From a virus, in the IMG/VR virus record IMGVR_UViG_3300036970_000245: 64,000 nt of DNA; one strand, written 5' to 3'. Shown here piece by piece: positions 40,142-50,823 of the stretch (positions are counted from its first letter, which is position 1; each line of letters begins with the position of its first letter). Under the pieces are notes generated by a model, which saw only the letters and a program-made list of their open reading frames with translations, searched no databases and was not told the origin of the DNA. A program made the position numbers and the translations under genes.

Positions 40142-41524
40142 TCAGCTCTTTATTAGGGCTGGAAGATCCTTCACTGTACTGATTCTTACTATTTCTATGT
40201 TCTTGAACTTGCTGTCATTAACCTTAGCGGACTTAGGAATTATGATCTTAGTGAACCCAAGTCTTACTGCTTCAGCGACCTTATTCTCGATCATAAACGC
40301 TCCACGGACTTGACCAGTAAGACTTAGCTCTCCAATGAAAGCAGAAGTTGATGGGATTGATGAGTCTCTAGAGGAAGATAGAATACTTGCAGCGATAGAC
40401 AAGTCAGCCTGGGGGTCAATCACTTTAACCCCTGAAACTGTCGAAACAAATACGTCATTTTCGTAGAGTTTAGCCCGACAGAACTTATCAAGAATTGCAC
40501 AGACAATTTGAGCACGCTGATGATTCACACCATTGAACTGCTTTCGAGGTTGTGGCAAAGTTGAGGGGGTAACAAGAGCTTGAATTTCAACTGGAATTTG
40601 TCTGACACCTTCGCTAATAAAGCTGCAAGAGGAACCAATAACGGTCTCATCACTATTCTCAGTAAAGATTCCTGATGGATCAATGATTTCCTCAAGCTTT
40701 GTCTCACTGTGCTGGAAGACGCCTACTTCATTAGTGTCACCAAAGCGGTTTTTGCTAGCACGGAGAAACTTGAGTGGTGTATTTTTATCACTTTCGAGCA
40801 TAAGCGCACAGTCAACAATATGCTGGATGGATTCACTTCCTGAAAAGTCACCATTCTTGATAACTTGGCTAATCAGGATCATCGTAATGTTTTGTTGCTT
40901 TGCAATGCGAGTGAGAGTGTGTGCAGCCTCTTTACTCTGCTGGAGACTTCCAATTGAACCCGGAATTTCACTACTTGCAATTGTTTGGAGACTGTCAACA
41001 ATTACGAGTTCAGGGTTAAGTTCGTTGATGTGACCTAAAAGGGTCTCTAAATTCGTTTCGCTGACAATATGAATATTGTCACTGGTTACTTTCATTCGTT
41101 TTGCTCTAAGCCCGATTTGTTGTTCAGACTCTTCCCCCGAAGAATAAAGCACAGTCTTTCCAGAAATAGCATACTGATTTGCGATATCTAGAGATAATGT
41201 AGACTTTCCTGACCCTGGGAATGCTGCAAAGAGGATAACTTCTGCGTCAACAAGTCCTCCACCAACAACACGGTCAAACTCACTGATCCCTGTAGGTGTT
41301 CGTGAGATAGGGTTGTTTTTAAGCTGCGATATTGTGACAGCTTTCCTAACAGGAGTTACTGCTCCAGCGGATTTAAGACCCGCTTTTCGAGCTGTATTAC
41401 TTACTTCCTCATTGACAGTCATTTCGAAAGAGCTGTACGCACCACAATTCTGACACTTGCCAGCCCATTTTAGAATGACATTGCTACACTCTTTACACTT
41501 ATACACTGTTGAAGCTTTAGACAT
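40142..41524 (-). CDS. radA: DNA repair protein RadA/Sms
   Basis: CKEC...W.GKC.NC, PGSGKSTL, GEES, DSLQT, KNRFG, Lon-like C-terminal GELSLTG. Confidence 0.96.
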   Translation of the reverse strand: MSKASTVYKCKECSNVILKWAGKCQNCGAYSSFEMTVNEEVSNTARKAGLKSAGAVTPVRKAVTISQLKNNPISRTPTGISEFDRVVGGGLVDAEVILFAAFPGSGKSTLSLDIANQYAISGKTVLYSSGEESEQQIGLRAKRMKVTSDNIHIVSETNLETLLGHINELNPELVIVDSLQTIASSEIPGSIGSLQQSKEAAHTLTRIAKQQNITMILISQVIKNGDFSGSESIQHIVDCALMLESDKNTPLKFLRASKNRFGDTNEVGVFQHSETKLEEIIDPSGIFTENSDETVIGSSCSFISEGVRQIPVEIQALVTPSTLPQPRKQFNGVNHQRAQIVCAILDKFCRAKLYENDVFVSTVSGVKVIDPQADLSIAASILSSSRDSSIPSTSAFIGELSLTGQVRGAFMIENKVAEAVRLGFTKIIIPKSAKVNDSKFKNIEIVRISTVKDLPALIKS

Positions 41525-41595
41525 AAGTTAATCTTATCAATTCTAACGAAGAAAGTCCGGGCTAAACCCTGTTTTATTAACAGTTTTATTGTGCG

Positions 41596-41988
41596 TCAGA
41601 AAGTGATAGCCTTAAGCTTACCGCTGCGTAGTTTAGCAAGAAATTCTGGGTCAGGCTTCTCATCTAAAAGATCTACGTTACTGACATCAAAGTTTAAGCC
41701 GTTGTCAAATTTATAGGAAACAACCGAAGGTACTTCACTTACACGAAGACCGTTCTTTTTGAAGGAATTTACTGCGTTGGTTGTTGCACGTTTTTCGGAA
41801 GGAGTTGGGGACCTGCGTACGCTGTCAAGAGGTTGGTACATTTCAGCGAACTTTGCTTGAACTGCTTGCTCAGCATCAGCTTTGTTGCTGAAGTGGTTCT
41901 CATTACCTGAGGCTCCGCCCAGTCTACATTTAATCTGCGCTCTGCATTGCTTCACTTCGCCTTTAGCGTTGATGTGGAACTTCGCCAT
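41596..41988 (-). CDS. HCCH-leader protein, short unknown C-terminus
   Basis: MAKFHINAKGEVKQCRAQIKCRLGG...NHFSNKADAEQA. Confidence 0.75.
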   Translation of the reverse strand: MAKFHINAKGEVKQCRAQIKCRLGGASGNENHFSNKADAEQAVQAKFAEMYQPLDSVRRSPTPSEKRATTNAVNSFKKNGLRVSEVPSVVSYKFDNGLNFDVSNVDLLDEKPDPEFLAKLRSGKLKAITF

Positions 41989-42040
41989 TTTAGATCTTAC
42001 TCCTATTCGGATTTTCTTTCTAACAACAAGAGTTTTATTG

Positions 42041-42955
42041 TTAACTGAGAATACCGAGCAGTCCTGAGATTTTCAAGAAGGATACAACAATAACAAGTGT
42101 AAAGAATGGTACAAAGATAGAGTTCTCTATAACGCCACCGGCTTTTATCTTAAGGAAGCGGTAGTTGTACCAGAGTTTGCCTTTACGTGGAATAGGCCAC
42201 AGGATAGGTGATCCTGCAGTGGTGAAAGCGTCACCGAAAGAGTGCGTATAAACACCAACACCAACACTCACACCAAGCCACCAGTAATCAAGACCTTCAG
42301 GAAGTTGGGTAAAGATGATGAATGTAAGTGCTAAACTAAAAGCAAATACAACAAGTTCTCCGAATGCCCCACTAGCGTTCTTTATGCTTCGAATAAGTTT
42401 TTTCGCCAGGGCGGCAAATGCCATATGAGTGCAGAGCCAGGTGACAACAAGAGCAACAATTAAACCCCAAGTTGCTGCGCCAATCACTGGAAGAGTAAAA
42501 GCTGGCGCTGTTATTCTTGTCCCTAGGAACACTAAAAGACCTATAAGGAAAGCCGCCACGGGGGTGTGATAGAATCCGCGGTGAGGGTTAGGAGTACTGT
42601 CGTCTCTCGGCGTCCTGATTGTAGTCTGTATGAATGATGACGATACCCGAAAGAAAACGCTTAGAGCGTCACCTAGATAACCAAGAGAAGACTTTGCCGT
42701 TGAAGCACTGTTGTCAAGGTCAGGTATTAAGGCACCGCCTGCCATTACCATCATGGAAAGGACTACAATCCAAATGTCGTCCGTTCCAAGGACCTGATAC
42801 ATTGTAGCAGGCATAAATGCCGTGACAGCGAGGAAAAGAGCAACAGCACTCAAAGCATGAGTGGTTCCCATAAATGCACCATCAGAACAGCCACGGGTCT
42901 CGATAGTTTTGCCGATGAAGCATTCACCAGATTCGACAAGTTCTGTTTCAGACAT
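42041..42955 (-). CDS. Membrane metal-dependent hydrolase (YdjM-like)
   Basis: MGTTH, LIPDLD, HRGFYH, HSFGDAFT..G.P..WP. Confidence 0.85.
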   Translation of the reverse strand: MSETELVESGECFIGKTIETRGCSDGAFMGTTHALSAVALFLAVTAFMPATMYQVLGTDDIWIVVLSMMVMAGGALIPDLDNSASTAKSSLGYLGDALSVFFRVSSSFIQTTIRTPRDDSTPNPHRGFYHTPVAAFLIGLLVFLGTRITAPAFTLPVIGAATWGLIVALVVTWLCTHMAFAALAKKLIRSIKNASGAFGELVVFAFSLALTFIIFTQLPEGLDYWWLGVSVGVGVYTHSFGDAFTTAGSPILWPIPRKGKLWYNYRFLKIKAGGVIENSIFVPFFTLVIVVSFLKISGLLGILS

Positions 42956-43027
42956 CTCTTAGGCTTTCGTGTAAAGTTTCTTAGCCCTTATGGCTTATCG
43001 AACTTGAATATCACTGCTAAACGCAGA

Positions 43028-45469
43028 CTACATGGTTAGTGCTTCCGAGGCGCCCATAAGGATGTCCATTGCAAAGTCAACGCCTGCAGCCGCCCGCTTC
43101 GATGCAGGGGGAAGATTGATTGTATTGTTAGCGCCAGCCAGACCAACAACTAGTTTAGTGCCAATAGCAGCCTTTACAAGAGTGTCGTCAGCAGACTTAA
43201 GCCTATGCAGAGCGACACCTTGAGCACCCTTGCTCTTTGGCGGAATCTCGGTAAGCTGCGTCGCTTTCAAGGAAGTTTTGGATTGCGAAATGATGACTGC
43301 AGAATTATCCTTAGCTGAAGGGACCCAATCAAACCCGACAACAGTTTCACCAGCCTTTAGGCGCTGACTGATAACTCCACCAGCAGCAGCGCCTGTTGGC
43401 CTAAGAGTGGTTGCATCATAGACAAGAACATTCGATCCTGACGAGACACTCACCATTGAGGAACCAGAAAGTGACTTTCCAAGCCAGCGACCTGCGATAA
43501 CCTCATCACCCTCGGAAAGCTTGAATACAACAAACTCTTCCTTATTAGGGAATTCCGGTCGGACAAGCTTCACTTCGCCCTTTCGTGAAGCAAGTACAAG
43601 TCCAACATCACTCTTAAGTGGGACAACCTTACTAATAGCCACAAGCTTTACGCCCGACCCGAACTGCACCCCGACATCCGAGGTTTTAGACACATAGTCA
43701 AATGCTACATAGCTTAGCGGGATCTTTCGTGCGAGTCCGTCACTTCCGATAAGGAGCAAATCATCCTTTGTCTTCATCTTGATCTGCTCGACAATCGGGC
43801 TGTTCTTCCACTTGCGATCTTTAGGAGAGTAAGTGAATGGTTCATCAGTTTTGATAAGCCTGCCATCAGCGAATCGTGTTACATAGCAAGTAAGGTTCTT
43901 GTCAATGTCACGTGCCTCTTGAGCGCTCTCCTTGACGATTTCCTTAACCTCCTCACTAGTCATACCTGAAATAACAGTGCGGCGCTTGTCCGAGATAACT
44001 TTCAATGTAGCCCTAAGCTCTGCCTCGACAGCTAGGGTCAGATGATCGGCTGAAGTAAGAATTTTTTCGATACCGTTGCGCTCTGTAAGAAGGGCGTCAA
44101 GCTCTTCCTGGATTGAGATAGAGTCAGCTTTAGTTAGACGACGAAGTTGCATTGACAAGATGTAGTCAGCCTGCTCTTGGTCAATTTTGAAGAACGCTGT
44201 AAGTTCTTTCCGAGCGATTTCGAGCGTGTCCGAGTTTCGGATGATCGAAATGCACTTATCAATGTCGATGAGCGCTGCAAGGATTGCCTTCAGCTGGTGA
44301 GTTCTGGCATCAATCTTACCTGTACGAGTCTGGGCCTTGTTAAGAACACAGGACCGACGGAAGTTAATGAACTGTTCAAGAAGTGGGATCATCCCGATTT
44401 GCACAGGCTTGTTATCCACCAAGACTGTACTGTTTACTGAGAATTTAGTTTCGACAGGAGTGTACTTGAAAAGGTTATTGATAATGCTAAGGTGATTAGT
44501 GCCTGACTTAGTTTCGATGACAAGTCTGAGACCATTCCTCTTATCAGTAAGATCCTTTACCGAGGCAATGTCCTTTAGTCGCCCCTTCTGTTGCTGCTCA
44601 CGGATCTTCAAAAGAACTGAATGAGCTGATACCTGGTAGGGAAGCTCATAGAAGATAATCTTTACCTTGCCTCGAGTCCCCTGTTCGATTGTATATCTGC
44701 CCCGTACAGTGAATCGACCCGAACCAGTCTCGTAGTAATCACGGACACCGTCAACCTCGAAAAGCTCGCCACCAGTAGGCAAGTCAGGGCCAGGCATGAT
44801 TTTAAGAAGCTTGTCAACCGTGAGATCAGGGTTCTTCAGAAGAGCAATAGCCGCCTTCATGACCTCATCAGGGTTGTGCGAGAACATGTTTGAAGCATAA
44901 CCTACTGCGATACCTTGAGTACCGTTAATAATGTTGTTAGGCCAGCGGACAGGCAGCTGATAAGGCTCATCCAACTTACCGTCAAAGTTCTTACCAATAG
45001 GAACTGCACCGTCAGGGAGCTCCTTCAAAAGCTCCATTGCAGCGCTTGAAAGACGTGCCTCCCAGTAACGGGCGGCTGCGGGGGTGTCACCGGTGACGAA
45101 TCCTACAGAACCGTATGGGTCAATGAGAGGTACACGGAGTGAGAAGTTCTGCGCCATTCGAGCAAGTGCGTCTTCAACGGAAGAGCTACCGTGAGGGTGG
45201 AATGCAACAGCATTCGCTGCAGCTCGGGCTGCCTTAAGGTGCTCAGAGTTAGGGGTGACACCGTCCTTGAACAGACTGTAGAGGATACGGCGGTTTACAG
45301 GCTTCAGTCCATCATCAGCCACTAATGCTCGTGATCTGATTGCATACATCGAGAATGGAAGATACTGCTCCTTAAGCCAATCACTGGCTGGGTGCTTGAT
45401 TACCTCTGCGGCAATCTGATCCTTGTCGTCAGTTTCCGGGTCATCGGTTTCGTTGAAGATGTCTGCCAT
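43028..45469 (-). CDS. Type IIA topoisomerase subunit A (GyrA/ParC)
   Basis: DGLKPVNRR, HPHG, catalytic AAARY, NG..GIAVG, GPDLPTGG, beta-pinwheel CTD; no clear QRRGGKG GyrA-box, so no symbol given. Confidence 0.93.
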   Translation of the reverse strand: MADIFNETDDPETDDKDQIAAEVIKHPASDWLKEQYLPFSMYAIRSRALVADDGLKPVNRRILYSLFKDGVTPNSEHLKAARAAANAVAFHPHGSSSVEDALARMAQNFSLRVPLIDPYGSVGFVTGDTPAAARYWEARLSSAAMELLKELPDGAVPIGKNFDGKLDEPYQLPVRWPNNIINGTQGIAVGYASNMFSHNPDEVMKAAIALLKNPDLTVDKLLKIMPGPDLPTGGELFEVDGVRDYYETGSGRFTVRGRYTIEQGTRGKVKIIFYELPYQVSAHSVLLKIREQQQKGRLKDIASVKDLTDKRNGLRLVIETKSGTNHLSIINNLFKYTPVETKFSVNSTVLVDNKPVQIGMIPLLEQFINFRRSCVLNKAQTRTGKIDARTHQLKAILAALIDIDKCISIIRNSDTLEIARKELTAFFKIDQEQADYILSMQLRRLTKADSISIQEELDALLTERNGIEKILTSADHLTLAVEAELRATLKVISDKRRTVISGMTSEEVKEIVKESAQEARDIDKNLTCYVTRFADGRLIKTDEPFTYSPKDRKWKNSPIVEQIKMKTKDDLLLIGSDGLARKIPLSYVAFDYVSKTSDVGVQFGSGVKLVAISKVVPLKSDVGLVLASRKGEVKLVRPEFPNKEEFVVFKLSEGDEVIAGRWLGKSLSGSSMVSVSSGSNVLVYDATTLRPTGAAAGGVISQRLKAGETVVGFDWVPSAKDNSAVIISQSKTSLKATQLTEIPPKSKGAQGVALHRLKSADDTLVKAAIGTKLVVGLAGANNTINLPPASKRAAAGVDFAMDILMGASEALTM

Positions 45470-45805
45470 TAGTTTTATTCGCTTTCCAGACGAGACTTTG
45501 TTTAGCTTTATGAACTGTAGTCATTATACTCACATAACTACTTCAGGTTCAAGAGTAGTACTCAAGACTTCCCCAGACCTGCGCTTACCGCCGTTCCAGA
45601 GGTGAAACATTGATCTATTTTACCAAGAATCCAACAAATAGGGGAAACCACGACCAACTCTGGAGCTGTGTTCAGGCATTCACTCGTAGGGTCCAGAGCT
45701 TAACAGACTCCAGGAACCTAGAGTGAAAAGAGAAGGAATGTCATGATACCGCCAAGATTGATCTTCCCAGTAGTAAGTAAAGCTCTAGAAACAGTATCTA
45801 ATAGC

Positions 45806-45844
45806 ATCAGCTATAGACACGATTAGATCAAACTCTAAGCTGAC
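45806..45844. repeat. Palindromic site (A/G)TCAGCT-N25-AGCTGAC
   Basis: One mismatch, 25-nt spacer, intergenic. Confidence 0.55.
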
Positions 45845-45931
45845 ATAAGTGATTAACTAGCCGACTATTCTGTGAAAACACGGCTGGCGGGCGGTACCGC
45901 AGTAATGTCACTATTTGAGCTTATATACAGA

Positions 45932-46423
45932 CTACTTGAAGCTGTGTAGTCTGTCCAAATCAATGCTACTTTTGTTTACAGGTATGACAGGTTCATCGTC
46001 TTCGTCGTCCTCGCTACCAAGAAGTGTCACTGCCCACGAAAGTGGCATATCATCACTGTCTTTAAGAATCTGTCGAAGGTCTTTCCCGCTTACCGTAAGC
46101 CGTCGTGCAGCAATAACCTCAAGTGTTTCATATGCCTCGTCTAGCTTGCCCACAGTGGTTGAAGCTAACAAGAACGATGTTGCATCAACTGTTCTAACAA
46201 GACCTGAAGTGTGGTTAAGGATCTCAATGAGCTTTCCTGAAATGTCCATATCCAACGCCTGGATGCGGTCACTGTTAGAGCTAAGAAAAACCTCACTCTG
46301 TGTAATTGGAGTTCTCTTTTTGTTCTTTATAAGATCTTCAAGGTACTTATTAATTCGTTTCTCTTCTAAAAGAGCGTCAAGACTCAAGGGGTCCCTCTTC
46401 ATAACAGTACCTCCAAAGTACAA
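45932..46423 (-). CDS. Hypothetical protein
   Basis: ORF co-oriented with recX; likely start at MKRDPL after GGAGG. Confidence 0.65.
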   Translation of the reverse strand: MYFGGTVMKRDPLSLDALLEEKRINKYLEDLIKNKKRTPITQSEVFLSSNSDRIQALDMDISGKLIEILNHTSGLVRTVDATSFLLASTTVGKLDEAYETLEVIAARRLTVSGKDLRQILKDSDDMPLSWAVTLLGSEDDEDDEPVIPVNKSSIDLDRLHSFK

Positions 46424-46453
46424 TGTGACATAACAGTAGAAAAGGTCAGGCTT

Positions 46454-47044
46454 TTAATCTTCATCAAGACTTTCTACCCACTCGTCATACTTTTCTAAAA
46501 TGTCACCGTAAGAGAAGCCGCGAGTCATAAGACCTGAAACTAATTTTTGCTTACGCTTATAGGCGTCCTGTTCATTTCGGTATGAATAGCTCTTTATTGC
46601 ACGGTCAAAGGCTTTTGACAACGCTGCATCCTGTTCATCTCTTTCAAGAAGCTCATTCATAACTCTGTCAGCCAACTCTGGTTCAACATAATTAGAGATT
46701 AGCTTTGCTCGCACTCTTGACGAGCCACGGCCGTTACTGAACTCTCTTTTAGCAGCAGCCAGGGCATAACCGTAATCGTCTAGTACTGAAATCTCTAGTA
46801 GGTACTCTATTGTTCTCTCAACGAAGTCATATTCAAGAAGTACACCATTAGAAATGTACTTCACTGGCCCTATTGGGTAGCCCTTAGTAATGAGTTTCTT
46901 CCTAACCTGACCAGAGTTGCGTGAAAACGTAGTAGCATACCAGGTAGCTGAGGCTTTTGCATGACTTTCTAGACTCATGAAGTCCTTGAAAGAAATAGGC
47001 TCACCTGACTCAAAGTACTCGCTTACATTTCGTGCTTTCTTCAT
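46454..47044 (-). CDS. recX: RecX-like regulator
   Basis: Q.RKKL..KG, LDDYGYA, GRG..RVRAKL, KL..GL..RGFSY. Confidence 0.75.
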   Translation of the reverse strand: MKKARNVSEYFESGEPISFKDFMSLESHAKASATWYATTFSRNSGQVRKKLITKGYPIGPVKYISNGVLLEYDFVERTIEYLLEISVLDDYGYALAAAKREFSNGRGSSRVRAKLISNYVEPELADRVMNELLERDEQDAALSKAFDRAIKSYSYRNEQDAYKRKQKLVSGLMTRGFSYGDILEKYDEWVESLDED

Positions 47045-47073
47045 ATTATAACTCCATAAATATTAAGTCAGAC

Positions 47074-48028
47074 TCACGAGTCCCTTAAAAACCTTACTGC
47101 CTTCACGATTTTATCAATTTCTTCACCCCTAGCAAGCTTCCAATCAGAACTCCAAACGTTGATAAGAGTAATGTTTTTGTTCGCACAAAGCTTATCTTTC
47201 AAAGCCTCACGGGTGAATAATGTCCCCATACTGTTTATCTTTTTCGTACTTTTTGCGATCATGCCAATATTCGCCGTTATATTCAATGGCAAGTTTTATT
47301 TCAGGAATGTAGATATCAAGTTGCATTGCAGCATTATTTGTTGGGTTTTTTATTACTGAGTAGTCTCCCGAGATAACATCCAAAAATGGAAACTTTTCTG
47401 TGACAAAATCAAGTATTTCTTTCTCTTCTCGTGAGATTGTTTTTCTATACCAATTATTTCCATAACGCTCTCTTATGGTAGACTGAGTTTTTGATATGTG
47501 TGCATTTAATCTTTCAGGATCGTTAAGAAGTCTTTTAGTTCCTTTAACCTTTGCTTCTTTTTTCAGGTTTTCGGGTTTTGTTATTTTGTATGTGTCTAAA
47601 ATCTTACGTAAAGTACCTTTAGCAATACCATATTCTATTGTTAAATCACGTAGGGACTTGTTATCAAGAATGTAGTCTTTAAATAACTTTTCCTTAGTTA
47701 ACCCTTTTTCGTTTAGTTCTTTTAAACGATTTTTCTTTCGTGTTATCCCTGCATTTATCACAGCTTTTCTTTTAGACTCAGGAGATAATCGAGCGAAAGC
47801 TTCTGTACTGTAGTTTTTACCATATTTTTTGTTTGATGTTTTTTGAGAGTTTATAACAGCGCACTTCTGATCTTTCTTAATTCCAAAGGCTTTTATTCTC
47901 TTCCGAAGAGTACCTACTGGAACCGCAAAAAATTCTGATGTTTCTTGTAAAGTTTTGTTCTCTATGATGAAAACGCGGTAAAGGTCTTCTTGGGTAATTC
48001 TATCAGCTTTAGTGTTTCGTATTGACAT
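47074..48028 (-). pseudogene. Frameshifted HTH plus Vsr/DUF559-like endonuclease
   Basis: QLDIYIPEIKLAIEYNGEYWH in one frame continues as K.KLC..KNI.LINVW..DW in the overlapping frame; removing one base from CCCC at 47224-47227 joins them. Confidence 0.7.
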
Positions 48029-48064
48029 AAGATCAAATATCAAGCGAGGGGCACCAAGCGATTT

Positions 48065-49033
48065 TTAAAGTTCAAAGCCTTTTGCGAGAATGTCAATGTC
48101 AGGCTGCTTAGAATAAGCCTCTTGCATTTTCGCATATGGTTTTACAGTGCCAACAGGACAAATTTTAATTAAAGGACACCATGAGCAAAGGAAAGAAGGT
48201 TTGAACTCGAAAGTATTGTTCAAAGTGTAGTGTTCAAGCTTCTTGTCAGTATCTTCAACGTCCTTAATAACTCGATCCATCAACTCTTGATCGTCAACAT
48301 CAATGGTCACTACTTCACGAACAACCGGGAAGATGAGCCTAGCAGATGAAACCTTGACACCCTGGTCTCTAAGGATTTTGGTGTAGATCATTTGCTGACG
48401 AGCTTCCGAAAGCCCCTCACTACCCTTTTTCTTGTTATACCTCTTGACCTTTGCTCCGGTCTTCCAGTCGCCTACAACAACAGAACTGTCATCGTTCCTA
48501 GGGTCTTCGGTAAGTTGGTCAATAAACCCAAGAGTTTCACGGTTAGCCTCACCAACTTGGCCCTTGACAAAAACTTCAAGCCCAAGCTTTTCCTCACCCT
48601 CGGGTGTTTTAATCGTAGCAACTTTTACCTTCGTGGGATCGCCTCCCATAGAATAGTAACCATTGATGGCGTCACGCAACCATGCCACAGCCTCAGGCAT
48701 TTCAGCCATGTCTTTATACTCGTCAGAAGACAGAACGATCTCAACAACTTCTTTCATTTTATCAGTCGTTCGGGCGTCCTGAGGGTAAGCGAAGAAAATC
48801 TCCATCACTGAGTGGAACAGGTCACCACGCCGTCCTGCATTGTCAGGTTGCTCTTCAACAATATCTCTGATAACGAAAGCCTCTCCTGCCCACTTTGCAG
48901 GGCACTGGTCAAGGCTTGTAATCATACTGGGTGAAATGCTTTTCTTCATCAACTTCTCAGAAAGCTCTTCGGAAATGAAATGCACACCCTCTGTGTCGAT
49001 ACTGAGTCCTGGTTTACTGTTACTTGAAGTCAT
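48065..49033 (-). CDS. PD-(D/E)XK RecB/Cas4-like nuclease
   Basis: SPS...CP, G..FH..ME, GFIDQ, DWKTG, Q...Y, C.WC....C. Confidence 0.85.
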   Translation of the reverse strand: MTSSNSKPGLSIDTEGVHFISEELSEKLMKKSISPSMITSLDQCPAKWAGEAFVIRDIVEEQPDNAGRRGDLFHSVMEIFFAYPQDARTTDKMKEVVEIVLSSDEYKDMAEMPEAVAWLRDAINGYYSMGGDPTKVKVATIKTPEGEEKLGLEVFVKGQVGEANRETLGFIDQLTEDPRNDDSSVVVGDWKTGAKVKRYNKKKGSEGLSEARQQMIYTKILRDQGVKVSSARLIFPVVREVVTIDVDDQELMDRVIKDVEDTDKKLEHYTLNNTFEFKPSFLCSWCPLIKICPVGTVKPYAKMQEAYSKQPDIDILAKGFEL

Positions 49034-49054
49034 GAGTATATCCTATCATAAAAG

Positions 49055-49831
49055 TTATTGAGAGAGCGCAACAAACGCCATAGTTATTCCGTTGTAAGAG
49101 GCATGAGCAAAAATTGCTGGCCAAACTGACTTGTACTTAAGAGCCAAAAGACCATTGACTGTACCAACGATGAAGATCCAGCCTAAAGTAAAGTAATCAA
49201 TGAACTCGGAAAGCCCCTGGAAGTGCGCTAATGAAAAGAAGACTGAACTTGCTACAAGAGAACAAACAACAGCATATTTACCAAGTGAGGAATTGCGAAT
49301 GCTGTTCATGACTGCACCACGGAAGAGCAACTCTTCAACAAGAGGCGCACCAAGGGAAACAAGAACAGCGACAAGAATAGTACTAAACGTACTCTGTCTT
49401 GCTGACTCCGTGATTGTGTTACTCGTATCACTGCTCGAAAGCTCCACCCCTAGCGAAACAAGAATAACTGCTAACGCTTGAAGGGTGAGATACAGCCCGA
49501 GTCCTGTCCAAAGCGAAACTGCAAAAGAGTGCAAGGTAGGTTTCGTAAGCAGCAGAGCCTCTTTCCAGCGGCTTAACCCACCCCAACCCAGACTTACGAC
49601 AAGCATAATAACAATAAGCTCGGTCAGGAATGTTGCCGGCAGGCTGAACTTGATGTCTAATGAGGTAGAGCCACTAAAGAAATTAATAATAGAGAACACG
49701 AAACCACCCACAACAGCAAGAAGTGGGAAAGCAAGAAGACCCATTGCAAGACGTTTCTTTGCCCGACCGTCAGTAACTACCTCATATGCTGTTGACGGTT
49801 GACTATCAAACGGTTCAATTAACTCACTCAC
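49055..49831 (-). CDS. CPBP (CAAX protease-like) intramembrane metalloprotease
   Basis: PLVEELLFRG, FSLAH, AH...N. Confidence 0.92.
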   Translation of the reverse strand: MSELIEPFDSQPSTAYEVVTDGRAKKRLAMGLLAFPLLAVVGGFVFSIINFFSGSTSLDIKFSLPATFLTELIVIMLVVSLGWGGLSRWKEALLLTKPTLHSFAVSLWTGLGLYLTLQALAVILVSLGVELSSSDTSNTITESARQSTFSTILVAVLVSLGAPLVEELLFRGAVMNSIRNSSLGKYAVVCSLVASSVFFSLAHFQGLSEFIDYFTLGWIFIVGTVNGLLALKYKSVWPAIFAHASYNGITMAFVALSQ

Positions 49832-49947
49832 GAAACACCTACCGGAACTTATAGAATCATTGTTCTATTATTACAAGTCAGGACTTGAACCAAATAAATT
49901 ACAGCAACTTGGAAGAAGCTCGGCTATCTGCTCTTGTTGCCTAGCCT

Positions 49948-50790
49948 TTATTCTTTGAAGTTTTCGGCGATAAGAGCTTCTAGGTTAGGATCCCAGTCTT
50001 CCTCTGGGCGATGCCACTTGTCACGCGAGTTATCCTCTACACCCATCTGCGGTCGGACCCAATTAGGGTCATCATGCGTCTCTTCAGAGGTTTCTTCCGA
50101 GGTCTCGTCAAAGTCGACTTGGAACTCCCAATCGTCCTCATCATCTTGGATACTTTCAAAGTCATCACTGGACTCTTCACTTCGGATTCTCTCGATAATA
50201 GCACTGTTATCAATACCTTCACGACTATCAAGATCCGTACCGTCAAAGTTGCTCATGTCAGTAACATTAGCAAGACGTGATTTCTTTTGTGTGAGAGGTG
50301 AACCGTCAGGGTTAAGTCCCTGGGATGCAAGATAGTTGTCAATCCATGAGGGATCAGCGAAGAAGCCCTGACCGTGATCCCCTGAGCCATAAATACGAAT
50401 GTATAGCCTGCCTCGAGGATTCGCCTTAACACGAGTTCCCTCAGAGTTACCAAGGATCATGCTACTAGCGTTCGAGTCGGTTCTTCCGCAGTTTATTCTT
50501 ACACCAAGGTTCGCCTTAGTTTCTCCGGCAAGGATTTTGGCATCGGGTCTCTGAGTAGCTGCTATAATGTGGACTCCAGCAGCACGACCTAATCGAGCAA
50601 TACTTCCGAGAATCATTGACGCTTCACCCTTAAGTTCATCGTCAGCCTTACCTGCTTCGGTATTATGTGTTGGAACTCCGATATTTCCTGCAAGAAACTG
50701 CTTATCTGGGCTGTCAACAGCAATGCAATAAAGAGTGCTATCGTCGCTTGAGGGGTTAATATCCTCAAGAGTGTACCAAGTTTCTTCCAT
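49948..50790 (-). CDS. Split-intein C-half (aa 1-43) fused to C-terminal part of an FtsK/SpoIIIE-like ATPase
   Basis: YCIAVDSPDKQFLAG...PTHN|T, then IARLGRAAGVHIIAATQRPDA...KANL..R, PRGR and an acidic tail; no Walker A or B. Confidence 0.9.
   Translation of the reverse strand: MEETWYTLEDINPSSDDSTLYCIAVDSPDKQFLAGNIGVPTHNTEAGKADDELKGEASMILGSIARLGRAAGVHIIAATQRPDAKILAGETKANLGVRINCGRTDSNASSMILGNSEGTRVKANPRGRLYIRIYGSGDHGQGFFADPSWIDNYLASQGLNPDGSPLTQKKSRLANVTDMSNFDGTDLDSREGIDNSAIIERIRSEESSDDFESIQDDEDDWEFQVDFDETSEETSEETHDDPNWVRPQMGVEDNSRDKWHRPEEDWDPNLEALIAENFKE
50662..50790 (-). mobile_element. Split intein C-fragment (IntC-2), class 3 signature
   Basis: Block F Cys (LYCIAV), block G PTHN, +1 Thr. 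Confidence 0.88.
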
Positions 50791-50823
50791 CGTTTTCCTG
50801 ACTACCTAAGGTTTACTAAATAA

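Noticed and set aside
43028..45469. Definite gyrA call
   Set aside because: No recognisable GyrA-box and no B subunit in the window; cannot separate from ParC-like by eye.
48065..49033. Cas4 of a CRISPR system
   Set aside because: No cas1, cas2 or array nearby; solo RecB/Cas4-like nucleases are common in mobile elements.
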